A stretch of DNA of 64,000 nt from a virus. Its lineage: Duplodnaviria; Caudoviricetes. Position numbers and translations under genes: made by a program. This document shows positions 17,572 to 27,157 of this stretch, piece by piece (positions within the stretch are counted from its first letter, which is position 1; the number at the start of each line of letters is the position of its first letter). The stretch covers positions 1 to 64,000 of IMG/VR virus record IMGVR_UViG_3300021399_000008. One strand, 5' to 3'. Under the pieces are notes generated by a model. That model did no database searches. It saw only the letters and a program-made list of their open reading frames with translations, and was not told where the DNA came from.

Positions 17572-17730
17572 AACCCATATAACACAACGTTTTACTCAGC
17601 CTGAGCAGATTTCGTTCGTCTTTTCTCAGGAGAAAAAACGTATCACTTTCGATAATGGACAGAATGAGAGAAGCGGATAACCGAACCTGTGAAAATTAAA
17701 TACTGAAGAGGGAGGCTGAAGCTGAAGTAG

Positions 17731-20556
17731 ATGGGAAAATTAAAACCTGATCTCAGTTATCTTGAGAACCAGATTAAACTCGTGTCACTTAACACCTATG
17801 ACCTGTTTACAGACGAAGAATTCGCGATGTATATGCGGATTATAGAGTTTGCGAAACAGATTTCGAAGCTGAACAAGAAGACCGATATGGAAGCACGGGT
17901 TCTTCTGATCGAACAGAAGCGTGAACTGATCAGAGAATTCAATGATCTGGTTAAGCAGCACGATGGTACCCCACGAACTGTCAGACTCAGCTTTATCCTT
18001 GATTCCAGGCTGTACGATGGGCCACTTCCACAGGGTGTAACCTGGTGGACCCTTAAGTACAGCCGGAGAATAGCTGAGTTCTGCTCAGAAGAGTCTCAGA
18101 AGATGGGACTGAACACGAACGATGTTACGTTCGACAAGATCATATTCAAATGGAAGTCACCTCAGATCCTCAGACAGATTGTCGTCGATGGATTTACGAT
18201 GCCGATCCTGAACGATGACGGTACAGTGACTACGAAAATGTACCACGTAGTGAATGCCTCAGCTGGCCAGCTCAGAACAGATAAAGTTCAGTGTCTGTCT
18301 GACGATATCTGGGAAAAGATTAAAGGCCCGTTCCAGTGCGGTCTTACGTGGGAAAAGATTAACCAGAGGAAGCCGATTAATATCAGTAAAATTCTGGCCT
18401 ATACTTCACTGATGTCCTCAGCCACAAATGTCTGGGCTGATATCAGTATTGACGAGTGTATAGTTGTTCCTGACTTTAAAGGCGAAGTTACCGGAGTCGT
18501 CGACTTCATTGAGCGAGACTATACGATCACAAGAGGTGAGCGTACTGTCGAGATCAATCATATAGACGGCGCAGGTATCTACATTTCAGATAACTTATCA
18601 GACATTTCAAAAGGAATTCGCGTTAACAGGAACAAGATGGTGCGTGGTCCATATATTAAAGGACTCGTTTCTCCGTTCGAAGTTCTCAGATTCTGCAGGG
18701 AACACGGAGTAGAGCCTGTAATCGAAGACTGTTGGGGAAAGGTACACAATCTCATCGAAGAAGGGATTAAGGTTATCTTCTCTGAGTCTCAGTTCAAGAT
18801 GCATGCCTACTATGATTCCTGGGATGAGTATAAGAATGAGTTCAAGAAGAACGGATGCCAGCTGAGAGACACGAACTATGAAGCTGACTATATCAAGGAC
18901 TGTGAGATTAACTATCAGATGCTTCAGGCTCTGATTGAATTCACGGACGAAGAGATTCAGAAATTCACAGCGAAGACGCATCAGAAAATTGAAGGAATCG
19001 CGAAGAACAAGGAGTCAATGCTTCGGGTTCTGAAGGCTGACGAAGACTCTGAGATCAACTACAGGAAAGCTTTGGCTCTGTACAACGAACTCCTCAGAGA
19101 GGGTTATGCCCGTGAGACTCTGAAGAACACGAAGAAGCGGTGGACTCTGGACGCAAAGTCTGGAAAGATCGTCTGTCAAAATAAGAGACTGTTCGTGATT
19201 CCTGATCTCTACGCAGCATGTGAGTTCTGGTTCCTGCGTGATCCACATCCGAAAGGTTTACTTCAGAATGGGGAAGTAGGATGCCTTGTCTACAGGAACA
19301 GAGAAAAGGTTGACTGTCTCAGATCACCAAGCCTGTACTTCGAGCACGCTGTCAGAAGAGTTTCGAAGGATCCAAAGGTGTATGACTGGTTCCAAACAAA
19401 CGGAATATATACGAGCTGCCATGACCTGATCTCGCGTGTTCTTCAGTTCGACTGCGATGGTGACCAGCTCAACGTAGTCGGTGAGCCTGTGATTATCGAA
19501 GTCGCTGAAAGAACCAGAGATAAGTACAATGTTGTACCTCTGTTCTATGACGCGAACGCAGCTCCAGGTGAACTTGTCTCCAGAGAAACAATCTATGAAG
19601 GTATCCTCAGAGCTCATAACAACTCAGGTATCGGAGCGATCTCGAATAACCTCACGATCCTGTGGAATAAACCGAACCCTGACTTTATCGCCGCAGCTCT
19701 TCTGTGTTACTTCAATAACCAGATGATCGACGGTGCGAAGACTGGTGAGGTAAACAGTTATGAGTCCTATCCTGAACCCTGTAAGAGGATTAAGGCAGCG
19801 ACTGGCGGCGGCAGAGGAAAGATGCCATACTTCTTCCAGTTCTCGAAGAATGGCAGAAGAGACCTGAGCAATAAGATGACATCGAATAAGGTGAAGGTTA
19901 CGAAACCGAACAACTCTGTTATGAATCGTATCTGTAAGTGCTTTGAAGATATCGGAAGAATCAATCCGAACTTCGCAGGGATTCCTCCCTTCAACTGGCA
20001 GATGCTGATGGCTGGAAACGTGACTGAGTATAACGAGAAAGCTATCGAACGATTCTGCGAACTGGATTCAGGCTACGATTACAACACGATCCATAACCTG
20101 AAGAATATTCACGAGAGTACTTTCCTGAAAGAAAGTAACGTCGGTTTTGTGTATGAGACCGTCTCGCGTCTGCTCGACGAAGAATTTGGGTTAGAGAATA
20201 TCTTCCCATCGATCACGAAGTATCTCTTCGCTGGTTCGAACGAGCAGAAGTACAGCCACAAGAAAGCGTACTGGGCGATCTTCGGAGACATTGCTGTACG
20301 TAATCTTGAGAGAAACCTTCAGGACTATACAGTCTGTGAACACTGCGGTATGAAGATTCCTTCCTGGGTGAAGAAGCATACATGTAGTAAGAACATGACT
20401 GGATACCTGGAGTGTATTGACTGTGGAAAGATCGTGGAACGGATTAACTCGAAGCAGTGCCGCTGTGCTGACTGTCAGAAAGAATACAGACGGATCACTC
20501 AGAACAGACTCCACGCTGAGTACAACAAACAGAAGAGAAGAAAGGCGGCTGGATAA
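17731..20556 (+). CDS. single-subunit double-psi-barrel RNA polymerase (SPbeta YonO-like) with C-terminal Zn ribbons
   Basis: catalytic FDCDGD, conserved LRSP, ASAGQLR, R.PYIKG, SQFKM motifs. Confidence 0.9.
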   Translation: MGKLKPDLSYLENQIKLVSLNTYDLFTDEEFAMYMRIIEFAKQISKLNKKTDMEARVLLIEQKRELIREFNDLVKQHDGTPRTVRLSFILDSRLYDGPLPQGVTWWTLKYSRRIAEFCSEESQKMGLNTNDVTFDKIIFKWKSPQILRQIVVDGFTMPILNDDGTVTTKMYHVVNASAGQLRTDKVQCLSDDIWEKIKGPFQCGLTWEKINQRKPINISKILAYTSLMSSATNVWADISIDECIVVPDFKGEVTGVVDFIERDYTITRGERTVEINHIDGAGIYISDNLSDISKGIRVNRNKMVRGPYIKGLVSPFEVLRFCREHGVEPVIEDCWGKVHNLIEEGIKVIFSESQFKMHAYYDSWDEYKNEFKKNGCQLRDTNYEADYIKDCEINYQMLQALIEFTDEEIQKFTAKTHQKIEGIAKNKESMLRVLKADEDSEINYRKALALYNELLREGYARETLKNTKKRWTLDAKSGKIVCQNKRLFVIPDLYAACEFWFLRDPHPKGLLQNGEVGCLVYRNREKVDCLRSPSLYFEHAVRRVSKDPKVYDWFQTNGIYTSCHDLISRVLQFDCDGDQLNVVGEPVIIEVAERTRDKYNVVPLFYDANAAPGELVSRETIYEGILRAHNNSGIGAISNNLTILWNKPNPDFIAAALLCYFNNQMIDGAKTGEVNSYESYPEPCKRIKAATGGGRGKMPYFFQFSKNGRRDLSNKMTSNKVKVTKPNNSVMNRICKCFEDIGRINPNFAGIPPFNWQMLMAGNVTEYNEKAIERFCELDSGYDYNTIHNLKNIHESTFLKESNVGFVYETVSRLLDEEFGLENIFPSITKYLFAGSNEQKYSHKKAYWAIFGDIAVRNLERNLQDYTVCEHCGMKIPSWVKKHTCSKNMTGYLECIDCGKIVERINSKQCRCADCQKEYRRITQNRLHAEYNKQKRRKAAG

Positions 20557-21155
20557 TGTTCTACTACCTTGGAATTATAAAGGAAGAAGATGTTCGTAAG
20601 GGAAACTACGAAGCTTCATTTATCCTTTGTCAGAGTAAAGGAAAGAGTGAGAAACGTTCAGGCTGGCGTGTTATTAAGACAAACAGCGCATATGTTACGA
20701 TGCCGAAGGTTCTCGTGAACAACATGTACGGGAACGAAGCTATGATCGATTTCCTCTCGAAGTACAGGACAAGAGATCATATGCATAACGGTAAGTACAG
20801 GCACGAGAAAACACTGAAGTACTATCCGAAAGGGTGGCTCTGCTGGTTCGAGTGCAACAAGTACGGTGTTCCGTCAGGGAACGTTCTCTATATTAAGAAC
20901 GTTCCTGATAAATCTGTCAGTAAAAAGACTGACACAGGGTTTATTCATCTGAAGGCTGAGATAGGTAAGGAGCCTACTAAGACTGAGCTTCTTACCTTCA
21001 GCCTGTATAACAACAGGGTTGTTCCCAATGAGTTCTCACAGGTCTTTCGGCCTACGATAGCCGAGAACCGTGTGGAAGTCATGAAGGAATATAACAAACG
21101 TGGTAAACGAAAGACTGAACCGGAATTGAAAGGAAGGAAAGTATGGACAAAGTAA
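20556..21155 (+). CDS. hypothetical protein
   Basis: translationally coupled to the RNAP gene. Confidence 0.75.
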   Translation: MFYYLGIIKEEDVRKGNYEASFILCQSKGKSEKRSGWRVIKTNSAYVTMPKVLVNNMYGNEAMIDFLSKYRTRDHMHNGKYRHEKTLKYYPKGWLCWFECNKYGVPSGNVLYIKNVPDKSVSKKTDTGFIHLKAEIGKEPTKTELLTFSLYNNRVVPNEFSQVFRPTIAENRVEVMKEYNKRGKRKTEPELKGRKVWTK

Positions 21156-21862
21156 GTAAGAAGTGGTACGAGGGAACTGAAGAAGAAGCTGCAGAGTATA
21201 TCTGGGGAAAGCTTTCAAAGATTGATGTCAGCGGTCTGGTTGAGAAGAAACAGAATCTTTCTTATCTCAGCTGGGCAAAGGCTCTGCATGAGGTCTACAG
21301 TGCTTTCCCGAATATGCGCTTCAGGATTCTGACTGATCCGAACAATGGTGACGTTCCGTACTTCGATCTGAAGAATGGCCTTGAGGTCAGGACCGAAGTA
21401 ACGATTGGTCCGATCACTCGTGAGATGTCTCTGCCTGTAATGGACAACACGAACACGAGTCTGAGGCTTGAACCGTATTCGATTACGACTAAGTTTGGTG
21501 AGAAGACGATCCGTGCCGCTGATGCGAATGATATCAACAAGAGTAAGATGCGCTGTCTCGTAAAGAACCTTGCGCTCTTCGGTCTCGGTATCAACGTGTA
21601 TGCAGGTGAGGATCTTCCGATGGATTCGGCTGAGGATCGTGAAGCTAAGAAGGAGCTCGAGAATGAGCTGAAGTCAGTGAAGGCTCAGATTAAGGAGTTG
21701 GGTGTGAAGAACACGAAGGGTATGAGCGCCGACCAGAAGAGTGAATACTACAATTCTGTAATCGTCAGCGTGATCAACTCTATGGACTTTATATCCTGCA
21801 ACGACATCTCGAAGCTGAACAAGATCCTCGAGAACTCAAGAAGCTTTAAGAAGGCAGCTTAA
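21143..21862 (+). CDS. Sak3/DUF1071 single-strand annealing protein
   Basis: LSYLSWA, LPVMD..N, INK..MRCLVKNLALFGLG..VYAGEDLP. Confidence 0.9.
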   Translation: MDKVSKKWYEGTEEEAAEYIWGKLSKIDVSGLVEKKQNLSYLSWAKALHEVYSAFPNMRFRILTDPNNGDVPYFDLKNGLEVRTEVTIGPITREMSLPVMDNTNTSLRLEPYSITTKFGEKTIRAADANDINKSKMRCLVKNLALFGLGINVYAGEDLPMDSAEDREAKKELENELKSVKAQIKELGVKNTKGMSADQKSEYYNSVIVSVINSMDFISCNDISKLNKILENSRSFKKAA

Positions 21863-22016
21863 ACCGCACAGCACACTTGGGAGGCGGCAGTGGTACAGCG
21901 TCTTGTCAGCGCCCGGGCCGCAGCAAAAACAGATCGACCCATGCTTAAGGCGACACAGGGGTTGTAAGACTTGAAGGAACTGACAATCCTGAAGAGTTCA
22001 GTTTGACTGTGTAAAT

Positions 22017-22203
22017 AATGCGGTGGCGGAATAGATTGCCATCAATCCTGCGGAGAGTAGATAAGGACGTGCCTCTCAATCAAGTACACCTGTTTACAGG
22101 GGCGCAGGTCACGGCTAAAGTAGACGCTTACGACTGTAAAGAGTGGCGATGCACAGTCCTACTGCGAGTCGGCTCATGTGAGGTGCAAATCCTCACCCGC
22201 ATT
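22017..22203 (+). ncRNA. tRNA-like RNA A (large D-loop insert, anticodon arm replaced)
   Basis: AATGCGG/CCGCATT stem, TGGCGGAA...GTAGACGCT, T-arm GTGAGG-TGCAAAT-CCTCAC. Confidence 0.75.
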
Positions 22204-22238
22204 TTGTGACTTAAAGGCAATGTTAAGTGGGGTAGAAC

Positions 22239-22448
22239 ATGGACACTGAATTTGAAGGATTTGCACAGCAAGGTTGGCAATGTCCAATTTGCAAACGGGT
22301 TTATTCACCATTTACTCCGATGTGCTGGTACTGTGGAGATGGCAAACAAACTACGGTTACATCTACAGGAACAGATATAAATCCAGGATATATGCCACCT
22401 ATAAACGAATGGGGCAATAGTAAAACAGTTCCGAATAAAGTTATGTGA
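22239..22448 (+). CDS. small Zn-ribbon protein (GWQCPIC...SP...C..C)
   Basis: CxxC pairs; lies between tRNA-like elements. Confidence 0.75.
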   Translation: MDTEFEGFAQQGWQCPICKRVYSPFTPMCWYCGDGKQTTVTSTGTDINPGYMPPINEWGNSKTVPNKVM

Positions 22449-22461
22449 TTAAAAGTGACAT

Positions 22462-22518
22462 ATGCGGTGGCGAAAAAGGTAGCCGCTCGTCATACGAGGT
22501 GCAAATCCTCGTCCGCAT
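22462..22518 (+). ncRNA. tRNA-like RNA B (minimal, no anticodon arm)
   Basis: ATGCGG/CCGCAT stem, D-like TGGCGAAAAAGGTAGCCGCT, T-arm ACGAGG-TGCAAAT-CCTCGT. Confidence 0.75.
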
Positions 22519-22541
22519 TTGATTTATACAAGGAGAAACAC

Positions 22542-22856
22542 ATGGAACAGGAATACTATTTCATAACAGTGTTTCGCAGGGCCAATATAGATAATCTTGG
22601 GTGGCCTGACACGGGAGACAGAAGAACGTGGGGTTTTTATCTGGAAAAGGAAATGGCAATCCAGGCGTTGCATGAGAATTGGACAGACATGGAAGAAACC
22701 ATATACGAATATGCCATAATTGAAGGATTCAACGAAGGTATTTCTCATGCGACTGGATATCAGCAATGGTTTAAGTTTGATGAAGAAAAAAGTGGATATT
22801 TTGAAATAGATACTCCATCTGGATATGAGCATTTCTCAGAATGGGGTATCGGATAA
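22542..22856 (+). CDS. phage hypothetical protein (RTWGFY...N.TDM.E..Y.YA.IE)
   Basis: AAGGAG RBS before ATG 22542. Confidence 0.8.
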   Translation: MEQEYYFITVFRRANIDNLGWPDTGDRRTWGFYLEKEMAIQALHENWTDMEETIYEYAIIEGFNEGISHATGYQQWFKFDEEKSGYFEIDTPSGYEHFSEWGIG

Positions 22857-22861
22857 TAGTG

Positions 22862-23005
22862 ATGCGGTGGTGGAATATGTAGACACTAAGGGCAAGACAG
22901 ATATTCGAGGAGAACAGCTATTAAGTTAGCAGTATTGCCGAACAATACTAAGGCAATATATTAGGGATTGGGTCTGTTATGTGAGGTGCAAATCCTCACC
23001 CGCAT
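22862..23005 (+). ncRNA. tRNA-like RNA C (~90-nt insert in place of the anticodon arm)
   Basis: same scaffold as A and B, with D-stem covariation GTG/CAC. Confidence 0.75.
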
Positions 23006-23193
23006 TAAATATTCCTGTCAGGGGTCATACCCCGCCACGGGAGATGCCTGCATCATTCGTGGTTATCCAAACAGGGTGACTCCCGGCCCTGAAGTTACGA
23101 ACTAATTTCGCTTGAGCTTCGTCGTACGCCCAGTCAACGTACATAATGGAGCAAAAAGTGAGAAATAAAGTCGGTTTGTAAGGGCAAGGCTTC

Positions 23194-23225
23194 GACTACT
23201 GGGCCAGTAACCAGTAGTCTTTTTA
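23194..23225 (+). terminator. intrinsic terminator
   Basis: GACTACTGG/CCAGTAGTC plus T-run. Confidence 0.7.
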
Positions 23226-23228
23226 TAT

Positions 23229-23365
23229 GTAGCGGTGGCGAAATAGGTATACGCTTACGGGGAGTCAAAGGCGGCATAGCTATAACGTGAGTATAGCCTT
23301 AGAAATGTGCGAAGCGAACAGCCCGAAATGCTTTGATATGTAAGGTGCAAATCCTTACCCGCTAC
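23229..23365 (+). ncRNA. tRNA-like RNA D (~80-nt insert in place of the anticodon arm)
   Basis: GTAGCGG/CCGCTAC stem, T-arm GTAAGG-TGCAAAT-CCTTAC. Confidence 0.75.
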
Positions 23366-23372
23366 TTTATAT

Positions 23373-23450
23373 GCTGTGCTAGTTCAATGGTAGAACGCTG
23401 TGAAAAAGATCCGGCATGATAGCGAGTTCGATTCTCCTGCACAGCCCCCA
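23373..23450 (+). tRNA. degenerate tRNA (possibly Phe-derived, malformed anticodon arm), encoded CCA
   Basis: GCTGTGC/GCACAGC acceptor, GTTC-AATGGTA-GAAC D-arm, TTCGATT T-loop. Confidence 0.6.
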
Positions 23451-23475
23451 TTTTAAGAACAGGAAGGTAAAACGC

Positions 23476-23823
23476 ATGACGAAGAGTAATGCCGAAGCGG
23501 TTATTCGAGGACACATCCTTCGGGACCCTGAGATGAAGCGGTTCAAAGGACGCGATGTCTGTATCTTCACGGTCGTTGTGAACACCGGGAAGAAGAACAA
23601 AGACACTGACACAGAAGTTGTGAACTTCTTTGACTGCTCAGTGTGGGGCGAGAAAGCCCAGATTTGGTACGAGAAATTGGCGAAAGGAACAGACGTTATG
23701 GTTGTTGGTTCCTTCTATCAGCATGAATACAAGAAAGAGTCTGGCACGAAGTACAGGCTCAGACTCGAAGTCGCAAGCATGAAACTGCTTCCTCAGAAGA
23801 AGGTTGAAGAGGAGGCTGCATAA
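23476..23823 (+). CDS. ssb: second SSB-family OB-fold protein
   Basis: FFDCSVWGEKA, LAKG..V.VVG; lacks the DxPF tail. Confidence 0.85.
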   Translation: MTKSNAEAVIRGHILRDPEMKRFKGRDVCIFTVVVNTGKKNKDTDTEVVNFFDCSVWGEKAQIWYEKLAKGTDVMVVGSFYQHEYKKESGTKYRLRLEVASMKLLPQKKVEEEAA

Positions 23824-23848
23824 CAGAAAGAGATAAGGAGAAAAGGAA

Positions 23849-25690
23849 ATGGAAGATATTACAAGAGCTGTTTTGAATCTGGCACAGAAGAAACTGAAGA
23901 ACTTTAAGACAAATTCCAAGGGTGATGAACTAATCGCTGAGACCTGTCCGTTTTGCAACGGCGGGGATCACCACGATAAGTATTCCTTCTATATCAATAT
24001 GGAAACAGGAGCTTACCAGTGCAAACGTGGTAAGTGTAACGCTGAGGGTTCGTTCAAGACCCTGTGCCAGAAGCTGGATTCCGCAGAATCTTATGTATAT
24101 AACCACCCTCAGATCAGAGCTAAGTCAGAAAAGATTTACCAGAAGATCGACGCGAATATCCTGAAACCTCTGACTGATGAGATTGTAACCTACTTCGCGA
24201 TCAGAGGTATCAGCCGTCAGACTCTTGATGATTTCAAAGTCTCAGCTGACGATAAGGGAAACATCGTCTTCCCGTTCTTCAGAAACAAAGAACTGGAATT
24301 CGTGAAGTTCCGTAAGCCTGTGAAACATACAAAGGATTCCGGTCCGAAAGAATGGCAGCTCCCTGATACCAAGCCGATCCTTTTCGGAATGGACAATATC
24401 TCTTTCAATAAGCCTCTGTTCATCACTGAAGGTGAGATCGATGCTCTCAGCCTGTACGAATCAGGAGTTCACAATGTGGTTTCTGTTCCTTCTGGAAGTA
24501 AGAACCTCGACTGGATCCTCCTGTGCTATGACTGGCTTCAGAAGTTTAATGCGATCGTAGTCTTCGGTGATAACGACGCTCCGGGTATCCAGATGGTTTC
24601 TGATATTAAGAACCGTCTCGGCGAAGATCGCTGTATGGATGTCCCGGATTATCCTCGACTGATTATTGACGGAAAAGACTATGGCAGGAACTGTAAGGAT
24701 GCAAATGAGATCCTGTATGCTTACGGTCCTCAGGCAGTTAAAGAGATCGCAGACAAGTGCGAGATGCCTCCTGTCCAGGGTCTCCTCCAGATCTCAAATA
24801 TTCAGTTCAATGATGGCCTGAATACTCCGAAGATCTATACCAGAATTCCTGATCTCGATGTAGCTATTGGCGGTCTGAAGGAAGGCCAGGTTACCGTGAT
24901 TACTGGCAAATCCGGTGAAGGTAAGTCCACTCTGTCACAGTACCTGATGCTCAACGCGATTGAACAGGGCTATAACTGCGCTGCTTATTCCGGGGAGCTG
25001 ACAGGTGAGAAGTTCGCAGAGTGGACAATCCTTCAGGCAACTGAAAGAAAGTACATCGGAGTAAAGCACGATCCGAATACCGGGAAGAAATACGCAACTG
25101 TCGACGCTAAGATCGTAAAGCGTATTCAGGACTGGATGCAGGATCGTTACTTTCTCTTCAACAATAAGTATGATTCTCCTAAGTCTCAGCGTGAGAAGAT
25201 CCTCGAGATCTTCCGAATCTGCGCGAAGAGATACGGATGTAAGCTCTTCCTCTGTGATAATCTGATGTCAGCTCTGGCTGATGTGGATGATGAATTCAAG
25301 GCTCAGGCAATGTTCGTGAACGCAATGAAGAACTTTGCGACTGAGATGAATGTCCATGTGATTATCGTTGCCCATCCGAGAAAGACCAAGGCCGGAGATC
25401 CGATTGGTCAGGATGACGTAGCCGGAGCTAAGGCAATCATTAACCTTGCCGATATTGCTCTGACTGTAGAGAGACCCAACATCCGAATCATTAAGAACAG
25501 AGACGACGGAGAAAAGAAACGGATTATCTGCAGCTATGATCCCAGCAACAGAAGAATCTTCCAGAAGAATGTGGGAGACAGAACTTCTTACGGCTGGGAC
25601 CACACAGGTATTGAAGAACCTGCAGATCCCGCTGAACGTTACGATGAGTTCCGTATCAGCCACGGAGTAGACCGGGATAATCCATTCTAA
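23849..25690 (+). CDS. T7 gp4/Twinkle-like primase-helicase
   Basis: Zn finger CPFC..C...C, TOPRIM TEGEIDALS and DND..G, Walker A GKSGEGKST, VAHPRK. Confidence 0.95.
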   Translation: MEDITRAVLNLAQKKLKNFKTNSKGDELIAETCPFCNGGDHHDKYSFYINMETGAYQCKRGKCNAEGSFKTLCQKLDSAESYVYNHPQIRAKSEKIYQKIDANILKPLTDEIVTYFAIRGISRQTLDDFKVSADDKGNIVFPFFRNKELEFVKFRKPVKHTKDSGPKEWQLPDTKPILFGMDNISFNKPLFITEGEIDALSLYESGVHNVVSVPSGSKNLDWILLCYDWLQKFNAIVVFGDNDAPGIQMVSDIKNRLGEDRCMDVPDYPRLIIDGKDYGRNCKDANEILYAYGPQAVKEIADKCEMPPVQGLLQISNIQFNDGLNTPKIYTRIPDLDVAIGGLKEGQVTVITGKSGEGKSTLSQYLMLNAIEQGYNCAAYSGELTGEKFAEWTILQATERKYIGVKHDPNTGKKYATVDAKIVKRIQDWMQDRYFLFNNKYDSPKSQREKILEIFRICAKRYGCKLFLCDNLMSALADVDDEFKAQAMFVNAMKNFATEMNVHVIIVAHPRKTKAGDPIGQDDVAGAKAIINLADIALTVERPNIRIIKNRDDGEKKRIICSYDPSNRRIFQKNVGDRTSYGWDHTGIEEPADPAERYDEFRISHGVDRDNPF

Positions 25691-25714
25691 TCAGACAATT
25701 ACAGGTCCAGCATC

Positions 25715-25952
25715 GCCAGCGCGACGAGTAGGAAACATATCCTTTCCCCTCCCCCTTCTGCGCAGAACGGGGATGTGTGCTTTGCTTTTTCCTCCTTTCT
25801 CCTACCGTGTCGGACACAGGTAGTCTCGTGTCAGTATTATCGCGTCTTTCACATACAACACCTCCTTAACACCTCCTCTCAGACAACCAGCATAGCGAAC
25901 TGACACCTCAACCCGGCAACCTGCAAATGTCCGGCTGCTGCGACCTTTTTTT
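25715..25952 (+). ncRNA. candidate sRNA with multiple anti-Shine-Dalgarno loops
   Basis: CCTCC motifs at 25748, 25791, 25861 and 25872 within stem-loops; ends in a T-run. Confidence 0.55.
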
Positions 25953-25977
25953 ATTTCTATCGAAAGGACGATCACCT

Positions 25978-27153
25978 ATGGACTATATCCAGGATCAGCC
26001 CCAGGAGTTAAGCCGTCTCGAAGATGAGACGATAGAGCAGTACCTGATCCGTATTGCGACGATGAAAGAACAGAAATAGATTAAAGCCACATGGCTGGAT
26101 GTAGCCGTTCTGATGAACGAGGCTTCCGGTCTGAAGAGAGACGAGAGCCATTGGCGAAAGATGTATGCCGAGCTGAAGAAAGCCGACGAAGATATTTCTG
26201 TCAGCCTTGATACATACACCTACTTCGATGAGCTTGAGAAGACGAAGGTAAGAATCCGTGACCATCGTAACGCTCTGGCCCGTCAGATCCGAAATGAAGC
26301 TCGAGCAGAAGAATTGCTTGAAATTGTCCGAAACACTGTAATTCCGCTGCCTGAAATCGATTTCGAGCCTAAAGCCGTAACAACTGAACACAAGTGTCTG
26401 TATGCTCTTGTCTCAGATCTCCATTATGGAATCAGCTTTAAATCTGTAGCTGGATCCTACGACAAAGAAATAGCCAGGGAAAGAATGGCCAGATATGCCG
26501 CTGAGATTATCCGAATCGGGAAGGATGTAGATACACTCTACATTTCTCTGATGGGTGATATGATCAGCGGCGGTATTCATCCGTCAATCAGAGTAGAAGA
26601 AAGAGAGAACGTAGTTCAGCAGGTAATTGGTGCGGCTGAACTGATCTCAAAGTTTATCTATACTTTGTCTCAGCATTTCTTTAACGTAATCGTAAACAGT
26701 GTAGACGGAAACCACAGCAGAATCGAACGAAACACGGAAGATTCCGTACGAAACGAGAAGCTGGATATCCTGATCCCATGGTTCTGTAAAGCCAGACTGG
26801 CTGAACAGAAGAATGTGAAGTTCGTAGACTCAGAACTGGATTCAACGATAGCGAACTTCAACATTTACGGGAAGGAATACGTGGTTGTCCACGGTGACTA
26901 TGATCTTGACCTTCAGAAGAGTTCCGTCAGCCTCTCGAAGTTAATCGGGAAGAAGGTTGACTACTTCCTCTGCGGCCATATGCACGTACCTGAAGCCAGA
27001 ATAGAAGAGACTGGTTACATCCGTAACGGTTCTGTCTGTGGCTCAGGCGACGACTACACAATGAAGAAGAGATTGTTTGGTGTTCCTGCTCAGGTACTTC
27101 TGCAGTGTTCAGAGCAGGGAGTAGAAGCGATTTACCCGATAGTACTGAGGTGA
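25978..27153 (+). CDS. calcineurin-like metallophosphoesterase, with in-frame TAG at 26077
   Basis: SDLHYG, MGD, GNH, VHGD, GHMH motifs; RBS and ATG at 25978 in frame with the 26113 ORF. Confidence 0.85.
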
Positions 27154-27157
27154 TTAT

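Noticed and set aside
22018-22541. ORFs 22018..22209 and the 22455 N-terminal extension (likewise 23416, 39152, 39193)
   Set aside because: They overlap tRNA or tRNA-like structures and lack RBSs.
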